From the NCBI GenBank assembly GCA_030295235.1, contig AP026135.1:434001-498000 (forward strand): 64,000 nt of DNA, read 5' to 3'. This DNA comes from Fistulifera solaris (Eukaryota). The translations under genes and the position numbers were made by a program. Below are positions 50,547-63,800 of the stretch, one piece after another. The stretch's first letter is position 1. Each line of letters begins with the position of its first letter. The notes under the pieces are model-generated. The model did not search any database. It saw nothing but the letters and a program-made list of their open reading frames with translations, and was not told where the DNA came from.

Positions 50547-51257
50547 ATGATTAAGCTTCTCAAATTGCTAACACCCGTTCTGTGCTTTCTTTCTTTGACG
50601 GCGGACGCTTTCGTGAACCGGCTTCACTCCCCACGTCGCTACACCCAATTCTCAGCTGTCAGCACCGAACAGTCCTTGTCCTTGTCACTCCGCAAACCTT
50701 TGGGCTTAATTCTGGAAGAAGTCGAAGAAGGAAAAGCCGCGGGTGTGTATGTAGCGGGTCTCGCGGAGGCGGGTTCGGCTTTGGAGTATGCCAGCCAACT
50801 TCAGGGCGCCAAAGTAACATCCGTCCAAGGAACGGATGTGTCGAACATGGACTTTGATGCCGTCATGGACCAACTCGTGAACGCTCCCAATACGGTCGAT
50901 CTGCAATTCTTCGTATCAACGAGTTTTACGAAAGACGAATACGCCGTGGGTACTCCGGTGACGATCAAGTTTCTCAGTGAAGGGCGCGAACTGGAAATGA
51001 AAGCTTCCGTAGGAGATAATTTGAGAAAAGTGATGCTCAACAATGGCGTAGAGGTATATCAGGGGGTGAAACAGAAGCTAGGTAATTGTGGTGGAGGTGG
51101 AACTTGTACTTTTTGTGCGGTGAATATCCTTGATAGTGAAGGATGGGTGGACCGATCTGAGTATGAGGATCAAAAGTTAGCAAAGTTTCCTGGCGCAAGA
51201 TTGGCTTGCCTCAACAGTATACAAGGACCGGCGACAATTCAAAAGACAAAAAGATAG
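50547..51257 (+). CDS. Plastid-targeted PDZ plus 2Fe-2S ferredoxin domain protein
   Basis: Signal peptide with ADA-FVN; LRKPLGLILEE PDZ loop; NCGGGGTCTFC...RLAC 2Fe-2S ligands. Confidence 0.85.
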   Translation: MIKLLKLLTPVLCFLSLTADAFVNRLHSPRRYTQFSAVSTEQSLSLSLRKPLGLILEEVEEGKAAGVYVAGLAEAGSALEYASQLQGAKVTSVQGTDVSNMDFDAVMDQLVNAPNTVDLQFFVSTSFTKDEYAVGTPVTIKFLSEGRELEMKASVGDNLRKVMLNNGVEVYQGVKQKLGNCGGGGTCTFCAVNILDSEGWVDRSEYEDQKLAKFPGARLACLNSIQGPATIQKTKR

Positions 51258-51297
51258 CTATATATAGTGAATGTATTCTTCAAGTAATAGTGAGCTC

Positions 51298-54200
51298 TTA
51301 CGATGATTCTACTACGAAGCCTTCAATGATGCGATCGAGTGTCGGCTCGCGACCCCGGCGGCTTTTCTTAAGATGCTTTTTCAAGATGGCTAGTTTCTCT
51401 CTTGTAGTTTCGAGTTCTTGTACTAGTGCTGATGCCGCCTGGCTGTTCATCGACACGTCGCGTGACGTAGCTGTGAAAGTTGACCAGTGTTGAAATGCCA
51501 AAGCAAGTCTCATCTGTCTGTCTCCATTCATCACCTTGCACGCCAACTGGATTGCCAGTTTCTGTGCATTATCGTCGCGTGAAGAAGAAGTACCTATACC
51601 CATCTCGCCTAACGACGCTACATCTCGTTCTTCCTCATCTTGAAGACGTGCGCTCATTGATTCAAGCTTGCGTTCAAGGATATCACGTTCTGTCTCGTGA
51701 TGATGAACGAGGTCTTCCAGGTCAGCAAAAGCTGCTCCTTCGCGCGAAGGGCGTCATTCGCTGCCTTCAAATCTGAAAGCAAACTGTCTATCTGGCCTTC
51801 GAGGGACGTGACAACTTTTGAAGAATTTCAGGATCGGGGCGGTTGATGTGATTGTTAATATTTTTGCAAGGGCTCATCAGATCTTCTGTGATAACAGCCT
51901 TCATTTTTCTAAAGTCTCAAGGATCGGGGAAGAGGCTTCTTTGCTTTTGTTGTTCTTCCTGCATGGAGTCTTGGCTTCTGAGCGACTTTGACGATGCTTC
52001 TTCCACTCCTGAAGCAATTCGAGCTTCTCGTTGAGATATGATATGGCTTTTGGTATAATCAATGAAAGACTATCCATGCTTTCTCTGACGTTTTCTAGTT
52101 TTGTTTGTCGTGTAGAGGACGTTGCTAGATCTAAAGCAATCAAGTCATCAGATTCCTTCGTTGACGACAATTCACAAACAATGTTCGAATGTCGCAAGAT
52201 GTCCTGGAATACAGAATCTGCTTCTTGAATAACATCTTCTATGAATTGCAACAGCTGTTCTTCAAACGTGTCAGGGGCGCTAGCCAATTCGTTTGTCTGG
52301 TACGCAGCTACGGAGTCAAGCTTTGCTTTTGTTTTCCGGAGTTCCGCTTTTAGTTTGTTAATTTCCGCCTGAGCTTGCACTGACGCCGCAGCCTTCAATT
52401 CATTTTGAACAGCTGATTCTTGTAACATGGCATATTCTGCTTTCATTCTAGAGATCGTGGCTGTTAACAACTTGACTTGAGTTCGAAACTGATCCAGTTC
52501 CATCTGCTTATTTTCGAGCTCTGTGACTGACTTCCTCGCCTGCAATGCAGCTTCTTCTTTTGATTCGCGGGCTTGTATAAGCTCTGTCTTGGAAGAATCC
52601 ATTAACGCCTTCATATTGTCGTGACGACTTTTTAGAGACTTATACATCATTTCCGACTCATGAAGGTCATTGCGGGTTTTTCGGAGATCACCCCGCAAGC
52701 AAGATATTTCATGCGTTAAGGACGCGCGTTCTTCCTCCAATAGGGAACACCTTGACTCAATCTCTTGAACTTCTTGGCTTCTGTAATTTCCACTCGTCTC
52801 AGCCGAAGACTCAAACTTTTTCAACGTATCCTGATACTTCTCCACTTGTTGGGAAAGAGTGGATATGGTTGCATCCGATCCTGCTACTTGTCTTTCCAAT
52901 TGTTCTATTTTCGCTTCGCGTTCTGAGGCTAAGCGTTGGACATCAAATAGGGCAGCTGACACCGTTTTATGTTCTTTCTTCATTTCTTCTATCTCATCGT
53001 AGTAACGTGACAAAGTTGAGTCCTTATTTGATTCGCTTTCGCTGAGCTTTTCAATAAGGCTTCTTTGAGATTGACCTTCCATTTCCAGTTCCGTTACGCG
53101 GCGACGTAACACGTTACATTCGCTTTTTAGAGTTGTCGATCGGTTCTCATAGCGGGAAATTTCTTGATTCATCTCAGTAACCACTGTATCCTGTGCTTTT
53201 TTATACTCTTCGTACTCGAGGCTCTTTGCAGAGAGGGCCCTTTCAGTATGTCTTGTTTTGATCAAGCTAGCATCGATTTCTTGTTTCAAATTTTGAACTT
53301 CTGTCGACAGGCGTAATATTTCGTTCTCTGCGGACGTCTTCTTCTTTTCCGTTTCAGAAACAGATTGCTTCAAAAATTCAATCTCTTCTTTGTACTGCTG
53401 TTCGCGAAGGTTCTGCTTGACCGTGACTGCATTGATTTGCTGACGCAGCCCAGTAATGGATTCAGATAGCGACTCATTGATTCGACGCTGGTTATGTAGC
53501 TCGCCGTGGGTAGCCGCTAGTTCATCTTCGAGACCCTTCGTTTTTTTGCTCAAGTGATTCTTTCAAAAGAAACGAGTTGGACTTCTCCGAATTTAATTTC
53601 GAAAGGTGTTCGTTCAGTTTATCGTTGGCCTCAACTAATTTTTCGATTTCTGAGGAGAGCAACGCTATGTCTTCGACCAGCCGGTTCACTTGTTTTTGAC
53701 GCCTAGCAGAATCGCCCATTGCCTCTGACGCCCGCCGTTCAAGCACTCTCATATCCTCTTGAAAGGATACGCACATCTTTTCAGTTCATCCCTTGATAAA
53801 CCCGAATAGTCATCGTTTAAAGAATCGGTAGAGAGGTTATGTTGCTCCATTCTTTCGATCTCAAGTTCATGACGCAATTGGCACAAATCATCCTCTGCTT
53901 CACGGAGTGATTTCATAAGTTTCACTTTTTCGCCGAGGAGCTGATCTTTCTCCCGTTTAACGACTGAGATATCAACGTTTCGTTTATGGATCTCGCATTG
54001 AAGTATTTTAAGCTGCTCTGTGCAATCGGCGAGTCTTGCTTCGCACTCTGCGACTTCTGCTTTCGCTCTCTGAGCTTCGGCATTTCGACTCTCTTCCAAA
54101 GCAGATTTTTGCATCACGTCACATCGGAGCTTCTCTACAGTGGTCTCAAGTTGTCTCACATCAGACAGAGCACATGCAAGCTGATCTTCTTGGTCTTGTA

Positions 54201-57200
54201 ACTCATGTCGTAGCCTCTCGGTCTCGCTGACGGACGCACGCAGCTTATCAAGCTCGCACTCTTTTTCAGAAAGTAGAGCAATTTGCTTCCTTGAAACTAC
54301 TTCCATATCCGCTTCGTAGCGCTGTTTTTGCTCCAAGAACATTTCGTTCTGCTCTTTCAATTCTTTCTTCAATTTATTCGCCTCCAACTCTGCATCTTTC
54401 AACGATTCGGATAGTACCTTGCAATTCTCCTTTGCGGATTCAATGTTTGTCTCTAGTTTCTGGCGCTCTACATAGTGCGCCGCCCTCCAGCTCTGAAATT
54501 CATTCTCTGTGTGTGCATTCTTCTTTCGTAAGCATTTTAGCTCATCTTCGAGTGAACTGTTCACTTCCTTGATAGTGGATAGCTGCTCTTCTAAACGCGA
54601 CTTTTCCTGAAGCAACCCATAGCACTTCGCTTCGACTGAAGATAGAGCTTCTTGAGATACAGCGATCGTTTGTTCTGACACCTTCGCTTTGGCAAGTGCT
54701 TCCTCTCGCTCTCGCTGTAACTCTAAGCGCAGTCGGGAGCATCGATCTTCTGATTCAGATGCACTTTTGCGAATTGACCTGAGAATGGTCTCCATTGTCG
54801 CTTTTTGAGAACGAAGAGAGGAGCATTCTTCGGTCAGCTCCACGATTTTGGAATTCATTTCTTCTCTGGTAGTAGTATAAGATTCGTTCGTTTTCGAGAA
54901 GTGGGCACTCAAATCAGAGTACTGTGAATATGCTGCTTCCAAGCTTGATTTGCAGCTAGTCAGTTCCTCCCGGGCTCGAAACAATGAGTCTCGGACATCC
55001 TGCAACTCATCGTCCCGCTTCAAAACCTCCATTCGTTTTTCAGAGAGCTGTAACTCTGTAGCCTCTAAAGCTTTGCGAAGCTCTTCGATTTGATCTGCTA
55101 ACTCCTCGTTTAGACGTCGAAGAGACACTATTTCTTGCTGGGAAATTGACTTCGATGACTCAAGAGATGTGCATCTTTGTGCGATCTCTGCGACCTCTCG
55201 TCTAGCTTCCGCAAGATTAGCTTCACAATGTGCCTTCTCTTTTCCAAGCAGTACTTCAAAGCGTTCTTCTTCCTCCTTACGAACCATAGCCTCTCGAGTT
55301 GGCCAGGAGAGTAGTTCCCCTTCGAGATGCCTTACCTTTACCAACGTAGCAGCAAGTTTCTCCTCGCACTCGATCTTCTTCGTCATCATCTCGTTCAACT
55401 TGTTTTCTAAGTCATGAAGCCGCCTTGCAGTTGCAGTTGCTTCTTCGGACTGAGATATGATCATCTCGCTTTGCTTCTTAGTTTTCTCAGACAGTTCATT
55501 CAACTCTTGTTGATACTTTTCTTGATTCACTGAAGCGGTATCACGCAAAATGATCAGTTCCTTATGAAGAGCATTTAGCGAATCCTGCTGCTGCAAATTC
55601 TCTGCTTCTGCTAACTCAAGGTTCTTTCCAAGATCTTTGATCGTCTGTTCATTGCTTTGCATATTCTTCCTTAAACGGCTTGTCTCGTCATTTCGTTCGT
55701 CCAACAGAGACGTTCGAGTCTCGAGCTGATTCTCTAAGGCTTCGATTCTGGATTGGTAAGTAGCTTCGGCTCTCTCCCTGTCCTCTCTTAACGAAGCAAG
55801 TAGATCATGCAGATTGTTCTTCAGCGCCTCTTTGTCCTCACAAGTTCGTCGCTTCTCTGCTTCGTGGGATCCCTGCATACTACGTATTTCCAAAGCCATC
55901 CGGGACCTTTCTTCGTCAAACGCTCTGATCTTACTTGACAGGGAGGTCATTCAAGCGTGCAACTTCTCGCTTGTGTATATTCTCTTGCTCTTCCATCTTT
56001 ATGTTCATTAGAAGTAGCTGGCGTTCGCTTGCCTCTAACCTAGCTTGGTAGATCTCTACATCTCGCTGCAATAAAGAATCCGATGCCTCGAAATCCTTAA
56101 CTTTTGTGTTTTCAAATGAGGAGAGGTGGAGTGTAGATGCCTCGTGATCTCGACGTTCACTTCTTGGTGCTACTCCCTCCAGTAGTTCCATCTGCTGTCT
56201 CATTCGATCATTTTGAGCACGAACATCCTCAAAAGCCAAATCCCACTGTTCGATCTCATTTGTCTGCTGTTTTTGAAGAGTGTTCCGGTACGCTACTAGA
56301 GAAGCCTCGGCCATTTGCTTCTCTCGGCGCGATATCATCAATTCCTCTTCCATTCGCTGTCGCTCCGCGATAATAAGATTACTTTGCTGATCCATCAATT
56401 CCTTTTGTTGGAGCAAAGTAATCCGTGCTTGACTTAATTCCTGTAGCAAGTCATACTTTTGCTCGAATCCCGACCGGAACTCGTTACTGCCGTCCGATCG
56501 CGACGATTCGAAAGTGCTGCCATGAATCGATCCGACACCTCGTATTGGCACGACGCCTGCGACCGTATCCAGAATCTTTTGCAGGGCAGCTCGTTTATTT
56601 TTGCCAAATACGACTCGACTTTGCTGTGGAAGTGCCTTGACATTAGCAGGCGAAAGAAGATTATCCGCTCCGTTGCTTTCGAAAGCGGTTTTGCGAGGTT
56701 CACTTTCGACGGCTCTCAGCGACATCATCGATGGATTTGGAGTGACCTGAATAGTGCGACCGATTCTACCCGTCGTTTTAGGAGGGGAATTCATGATCGA
56801 CTTATTACACGGACGTCGGAATGTCATTTCTCGTGTAGTAGTCTGTTCTTGTAGTAGCTCAAGAGTCTGTTCATAGGATGATACCGGTTGTCCATTCACT
56901 GCAATGACCTCATCTCCGGGCTGAATTACTCCCGACTTTCTTGCCGCTCCTGGATTCTGAAAACCACCGTCAACAAATTTTTGCACGCGAATGGCAGAGT
57001 GACTGTCTTCGTCCAACTCTAAACCAATGGGCCCCGGAGAGAAGACGACGGAGTACGAAACATAATCAGGAGAATGATTGTGATCTCGTCTGGGTGCTTT
57101 CCGATGCGAGAGTTTCGCTTTCACTTTCTTTTTCGGAGTGACAGAGTTATGCGAGATCAACGTTCCGAAACGACGGCCGTCTTGACGTCGAGGAGGCTGA

Positions 57201-57294
57201 TTAGGCAAAAGAGACAAATATATTAGTTGACGTTCTCTCGCCGTATTGATACAGATTCGCGCCAAATGATACTTACAGTCTTAGAGCCAAGCAT
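51298..57294 (-). CDS. Giant (~1,900 aa) coiled-coil protein with N-terminal PDZ domain
   Basis: Exon MLGSKT (57294-57277), intron to ~57197, then PGPIGLEL...GVIQPGDEVIAVNG (PDZ). Heptad-rich ORFs 55931-57265, 53749-55950, 53522-53776, 51901-53553 and 51298-51657 join across frameshifts. Confidence 0.7.
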
Positions 57295-57823
57295 CACTTT
57301 CGCTTTGAAAAAGAGTTCGCAGCTATAACTGAACGATAAATAACTAAGTATTCAATAAAGTAAAGGGAATGGTTTTGCCACCATGAGGGGCAAAGTGCAG
57401 AGCAATCAAAAGATCAAAAGAAAAAACGACGAGGGAAGACAGTGTCGTTTCGTGAGACCCATAAAACGAGCCCTAGGGTAAAATCTTCAGATTTGAATAT
57501 GAGTATTTCGCCGGCATAGGCATGCCTTCCTAAGTACTTCGTGACACCGCGTGCCCTTATGCTAAATGAACTGTGAATTTTGAAAATTCGTAATTCCACT
57601 TTTAGGCTGCTGAATACCGGACGACAGTCAGTTAGGAAACCGGATTATCTTCGCAAATTCCCTAACCCTAATAAAAATACTCCGGCGTTAAAACTATTCC
57701 GCTCTCTCTCGAGATTTCCGACTTGCTAAGGTTACCCACTAAAAAAACCTTGAATTTCACAAAAGGTGTAACACTTTCATCAACCAATACTAGTTACTCG
57801 ACTATTTTCTGTAAACACCGCAT

Positions 57824-60800
57824 TTAACGCGCAGAAAATCCACAATTTTGAGCCCCGAATATGTTGTCTGGGTCGAGAGCCCGTTTGAGGTTTTGCTTTG
57901 CATCGATCCACTGTGGCGAGTCAATGTCACCGAGAAAAGCGGAACGCGTCTTGCCGATCCCATGATGGTGACTGAGCGAGCCACCAAGTCGCAGAATCTC
58001 TTCCCGGGCAGCATGCTCGATATCCAAGAATACGCGACTCGGGTTTGTAACGTTTGCACTGCTCATCGAGAAGTAAAAATACAAACAAGCACCCTCGTGG
58101 TACAACTGTGTCACACGACATCCAATAAAAGGAGATCCAGGTAGACATCGTTGTGCATGCTCCCTTCGTATGCGATCTTTTACAGAATCGACCACAGTTT
58201 TGATTTTCGACCACGGCACAAAGCTCTCAAATGAGTCTCCCAGAAAATTGTACGTGAGAGCAAAATCGCGAAGATAAGCGATGAGAAAGGTAAAATTGTA
58301 GCCTTGTTCTCCCACAGCTGCGCCCAAATTAAAACCACCATGGCGACTTATCAGTTTCTTTAACATTTGCTTTTGTGAATCGACTTCTTCGCGTGATCCT
58401 TCATAAAGGATGGTTGTACATACAGTCGACATGGAGTCAAAGTCTTGTCTCCATTTCAAGTAAAGTTCACCTGCACTTTGCCGTAAAGATTGTAGCACGG
58501 AATCCGGATTGGCTCGTAAAGCCCGTCCTAATCGAAAGTGATCGTTGTCCAAAAGACGAATACTGGCCGGGCAACGAGACCCCAATCTTTGTACGTCGCG
58601 AACAAAAGAAAGTCCGTGATCAAAAGAAGGTAGCAAGACACTGTCGTAATCTTGCACCTTTGATAGCGGCCAAATCCGTATTACGGCACTAGTAATGATT
58701 CCAAGACACCCCTCTGAACCGAGGACGACGCCAAGAAGTTCCAAGCCAGTAGCTTCACGTCCCCATACCGGAAAATCACCCCCTCGGCTACTATGGGCCA
58801 TGATTCCTTCCGGACCCGCAACACGAACCGAAATAACAATGTCTTCAATATTCCCATACTTGGTTCTCTTCATGCCACTAGCTTTCGTGGCGATCCAGCC
58901 TCCAAGCGTGCTAAACTCGTAGCTGTCTGGTTGATGACCTATTGTATATCCAAACCGCTTCATCTCTTGGACAAGTTCTCTACCAGTAATTCCACACTCG
59001 ACATGTGCGACTTCATTTTCCTCGTCAACAGCCAAAATTTTTCGCATTTCGGTCATGTCCACAGATATTATTGGTCTAGGGTCGACGTCGATACTTGGGC
59101 ACTTTGTTGCTTGAGACACATTTGTACCCCCCACCAAAAGGAATCAAACACCAATTTTGGGATTGTGCCATGCGAATAAGTTCTACCACTTGACCTTCGG
59201 AGGAAGGCCACACAACAGCATCAGGGACTCGGCCAACAGAGCCATTGCGTACGTCCCAAATGTCTGCCAATGAGTGACCAGTTCCATGTCGAATAAGCTC
59301 GTTGTCTTCGTACGAAACTTTCCAGGAGATTTTCTCCAAGAATACTTTGTTTTCTGAAGAAAGGGTAGACAAAGGAGATCTACTGGCTGCCGCAACATAT
59401 TGGAATGCTTCATTATAAAGATCAATTGATAACCCCGTTTCTCTCTGGAGAAAAGGAACAAGGTCACTGAGCTGTTTGCCTGCAGAGGAATATTTATTCC
59501 CATCCATCGTAACGTAAGCGCCGCCGCTTTCATGTGGCTTGATGACGAAAAATGAATCGCTAAATCCCCAAAAGCCCAGTCGCTCTCCCGAGGAAAGACT
59601 TGCGTTATTTATCTTCGGGAATTCCGTGAGCAACGGAGAAGCGTTGTCATCTTTCTGAAACTTATCGCGTAACTCGTGTGATATTGCAGCTTTCACCAAT
59701 ACTATTGGACACCTCTTCTTTGTTAATATAAATTGAAGAACATGGCAGGCTTCGGGGTTTGGAAAGCCGTTAGCTTTGAGCTGCGCTAGAGCATCTTTCA
59801 CACACTCCGTTGCCTCGTCAAATTGATGCAGCAAAGCCAGTGTCACAGCGGAAACAGAAGCTTTATCGAATATTGTTTTGTCCACAGTGTTCTCAACGTG
59901 AAAAAAGAGCCACTGGGCCCATAGTGGTCTTGATTCAATAAACAATGGTGCAAGGTACGCACTAGCCTGAAGTGCTACGGTCCAAAGTTCGTCCTGATCA
60001 GAAGGAATCGAAGAAATATAACCTTCCTCCCGTAACCACAGCCTACAACCCAGCTCGGAGAGAGCTTCCTTGACAACTGACGGTGTAAGGCCGAGAAGAT
60101 GAGCAAGGGCTGATATATGGTATGAAGATACCATCACCTGAGATGCCTGTCGTCGTTGAATTTCGATCACTAAATCATCAATATTATTATTCTCTGCGCT
60201 GGGAAGTGTGACTGCGTCGCAAGCAGAGAGCCACGCCTGCCGAGTCGAATTTCTCCGCTAAAGGCCGCCTGTGTAACCGGTGCATAGGGCGTGGGGCGTT
60301 AGCGACGACGATGACACATTGGCACATGCAACGAGACTTACAAATGCCCACGAGAGCAAACCCTTGGTACTTATGTCATCAGCCGACGAATTCCGGATAT
60401 CCTCGACTAATGATGGTTGCTCCGGTATCTTTTCATAGGACATTGTTATCGGGATAATGCAGTATTTGTGACTGTTTGTCGATAGGCAGCGGAGTACACC
60501 AGTTTTTGGACGCACAAACCGCCTGTCTCGGCTTCTAGTGCCCTCAAGAAAGACTTCAATAACTGCACTTGCTGGTAGCTCATTTAAACTTGCTTCGAGT
60601 GAAGGGTCAATGCGACCACGATTTCGTTTGACGAAGACCGCACCCAGAAGTTTTGCCATGATCCCAAACACGGGAAGCCGCTCAAAACTATCTGCTGAAA
60701 TGATAAAAGGTAAATCAATACCTAATTCTGGGAGTGCAAAGCACACATAACTCAGTAACAAGAAGTCGAAAAATGATCGGTGTGTCGAAGCAAGGATTAT

Positions 60801-63800
60801 CCTTGTGTTCTTATTCATTTTCAGGTCACGGAGAACGTCGCAAAAACTCCCCAAATCAACAATCACGCTACTGAATATAGAACATAGAAGTCTGTTCAAC
60901 AAAGCTCCCACAACCCTGACAGCAATCGGTCCCTTTGGCTGCATGAAAGCCCACAACCAAGCTTGAATCCAAGAGCACTGCTCATTCCCTGCGACTTGGA
61001 TGTCTGCAACCTTCGGCATCACACTGTTTACCCGTTCCCGCTGTAAGAAGCGCGATGCACTTGATAGGCAGATCATCATATAACGTTCACCATCGAAATC
61101 CGGAGGAGCAATCAAGTCGGAAGAAAAATAGAACGATGAATTCATGAAAGGAAAGAAAAGAACGGGTAGATCGAGAAAACGACTAAATCTTCTGCCTTGG
61201 TCCATGCAGTAGCCACAAGAAGTATAGAAAGCAAGCAGTGCGCTGAAAGGGTTTTCCACAAAAAGTTGGTGCAGTTGTTTAAAGCGTGACACCGTTAAGT
61301 TTCTCGGTAGAACACGCGTCGCAACCCAAAGGCCTAAATACGCAGTTAAGCGACTGAAGTATCCAAGGATCACACCAGTCTGAGTAATTGCGACAGCAAA
61401 TTGAAGCCAGGTAAACTGAGACTTAGTATTGGACGACACATCCCAAGCGGCAACATGTATCGTGTATCTAGGCTTCGATCTTTCAGCATAGATTGAAACC
61501 TTCTCAAAGTCTTCATCCGACGACGAGGATCGATCTTCTTCTGATTCGGAGGATGACAGTCGGTGGCGAATAGTTTTGTTAGCAATAAATCGAGCAAGAA
61601 CATCGACCGGGATGCAGGGCACTGCATGGTCACCGAAGGACCAAATATTCCACTGATACGAGAAATAGAGACACGGGGCGGCAGTTATTGTTGAGGGCCT
61701 GGATCCAGCCCATCCTTTCAAAGATTCACAGACTGCAGGACCGACAATGCTCGGACGTATAATTATCGTGTTTAAAGAGATATTCTGGAGGAGATGCTCA
61801 ACTACGCACTTGCTAAGTTGGTAGGCGTTGGAGAAACCCAAATCATTCATAGCTTTTGTCGCATAGTATTGGGTTCCACACATCGACTTGTAAACGTCGA
61901 CAGGGTCGTAAGGTTTCATGTCAAACAGATTGTTGCCCAATGGACTATCTATCGATCCTTTTGATCACCATGAACGAAAGCAGTGCTGATATGAACAAAA
62001 TTGACTTCTTGGTATGGCAGTTCAGCTGCTAGGCGTTGGACGTTCAACGCCGAAGAAATATTGGATTCAGCCGCCTCCTGCAATGACTGAGTAAAGCTGA
62101 CAGTTGCAGCACAATTGTAAACATGCGTAATGAACGGTTCTTCTTTTAGCTGTTCAAGGCTTTCCGCGGCCAGACCAGCGTTTGCCTGGCTTATGTCACC
62201 CGGCATGACAACAATGGCTGAGAAAAGGTCATCTTTGGGCACGCACGAAAAGATTGGATTTTCGAGCAAGCGATGTATCCTCTCGTCGGAGGAAAGGCCC
62301 CCTTCGGCCGAACTATGACATAGATTCGTTTAATAGAGTATTGTCGTCGGCGGCAGAGCAATTCACGGAGAATCGTCGAACCAACGAAACCGGTAACACC
62401 TGTTAATAAAACGGAACGTTCCGTGTCGCCGGTATCGAAATCAGAATGAGTTTCATCGACGACGTCGACGAAGTTTAGATCATCCAAATTTTTAGTCACT
62501 GTTGAAGGATGCTTGGACCCCAAATCGAACAAATATGAATATTTTGCGAAAGCGTTGGAACTTTCGAGGTAAAAGGAGGCCATTTTCAAACGTAAAAACT
62601 GCGTCGCGAGGATCGCAGTAGCAATGACACACACCATGACAGAGAATAGTATGGTGCAAACTTTTACCAGGAAAGTGCTGAAGCCATAGAATATGGAGAA
62701 AATGAATGAAAAGGCAACCCATGAGCGAAATGAAAAAGCAACGTTTTTGGCTTTCATAGTCTTCATTCCTACCCCGGCCCCGAAATTGCTTATGGATTGT
62801 GGTAGATTGTTGATCCAGTGTGATGATATTCGATGTGCCCCATTGGACACGGGCAAATACATAATTCGTTTCATAACACTGTAAGCGCGCGGGCATTTCT
62901 CGGACTCCCCCTATGCAACGGAGCTGCGATGCACCTTGCGTGGCATCAATTCCATGGTTCGTCAAATATACACAAAGATCCTGCACATTGTTAGCAAGTA
63001 CAGGGAAAAGCCAACATGCGTGAAAGTAGGAAGGATCCAGAAAGCGTGGGACTCTCACATCTGCTTGATGCCGGAGAACGTCGGCCAAACGTCCACAATG
63101 CCGTCGACGCGCCGAAATGAGTTCAGCTGTGCCTTTTCCCTGCTTCATACGGCGAATCAATAAAGCAAGCAAGCTAGAACACGGCATAAATCTGATCTGG
63201 GCCATGTAGTCACCTCTCACTTCAGTCGAGCTTTTGAAGCCACGAGTAAGGGCTGTAGCGAAAGTATCGAAGTCCAAGCGAACGCTTCGAAAGAATGAAA
63301 CCAACAGTCCATAAATGACGGGATGGTCCGTAACTAGTCGAATAAGTAATGCTTTGCAGACTTTGGAGAAGAAAACTGCATAGGACTGGCGATCGGGGTA
63401 GCAAGCTGAAAACAGACGCTTCATAGATTCATGCGTTTCTTTGTCGCGCACGATAGCCACGCCACCGCCCAACGCTGTCGCCGTTTTAATGAAACCGAAA
63501 GAGAAAAGAACAATATCCGAATATGGACTCCCGAGGTAAGTGCCGGTATCGTTTTCAGTCTCTGGAAGCCCACCAAAGCACTCCGCACAGTCTTCAATTA
63601 ATTCCACACCGCGACTTCTACAAACCGTGTGTATCCTTTGCATATCTTCCGAGCTCGCCGTTAGCATTCCAAAGACATGAACGACAATAATGGCGACCGT
63701 TTTGTCTGTTATCGCGTGTTCCACTGCATTCATATCCACCAATATGAAAGGCCTGTCTCCGTTGTGTTCTGGGATATCAACAGGGACGACTTCTAATCGA

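Noticed and set aside
57660..57671. CCCTAACCCTAA telomere-like sequence
   Set aside because: Only two units, internal and flanked by genes; compatible with chance.
57824..63000. Programmed ribosomal frameshifting or an operon-like set of separate lipid genes
   Set aside because: Breaks fall inside domains at homopolymers, like those in housekeeping genes across the window, and an intron is present; error in one gene is the simpler explanation.
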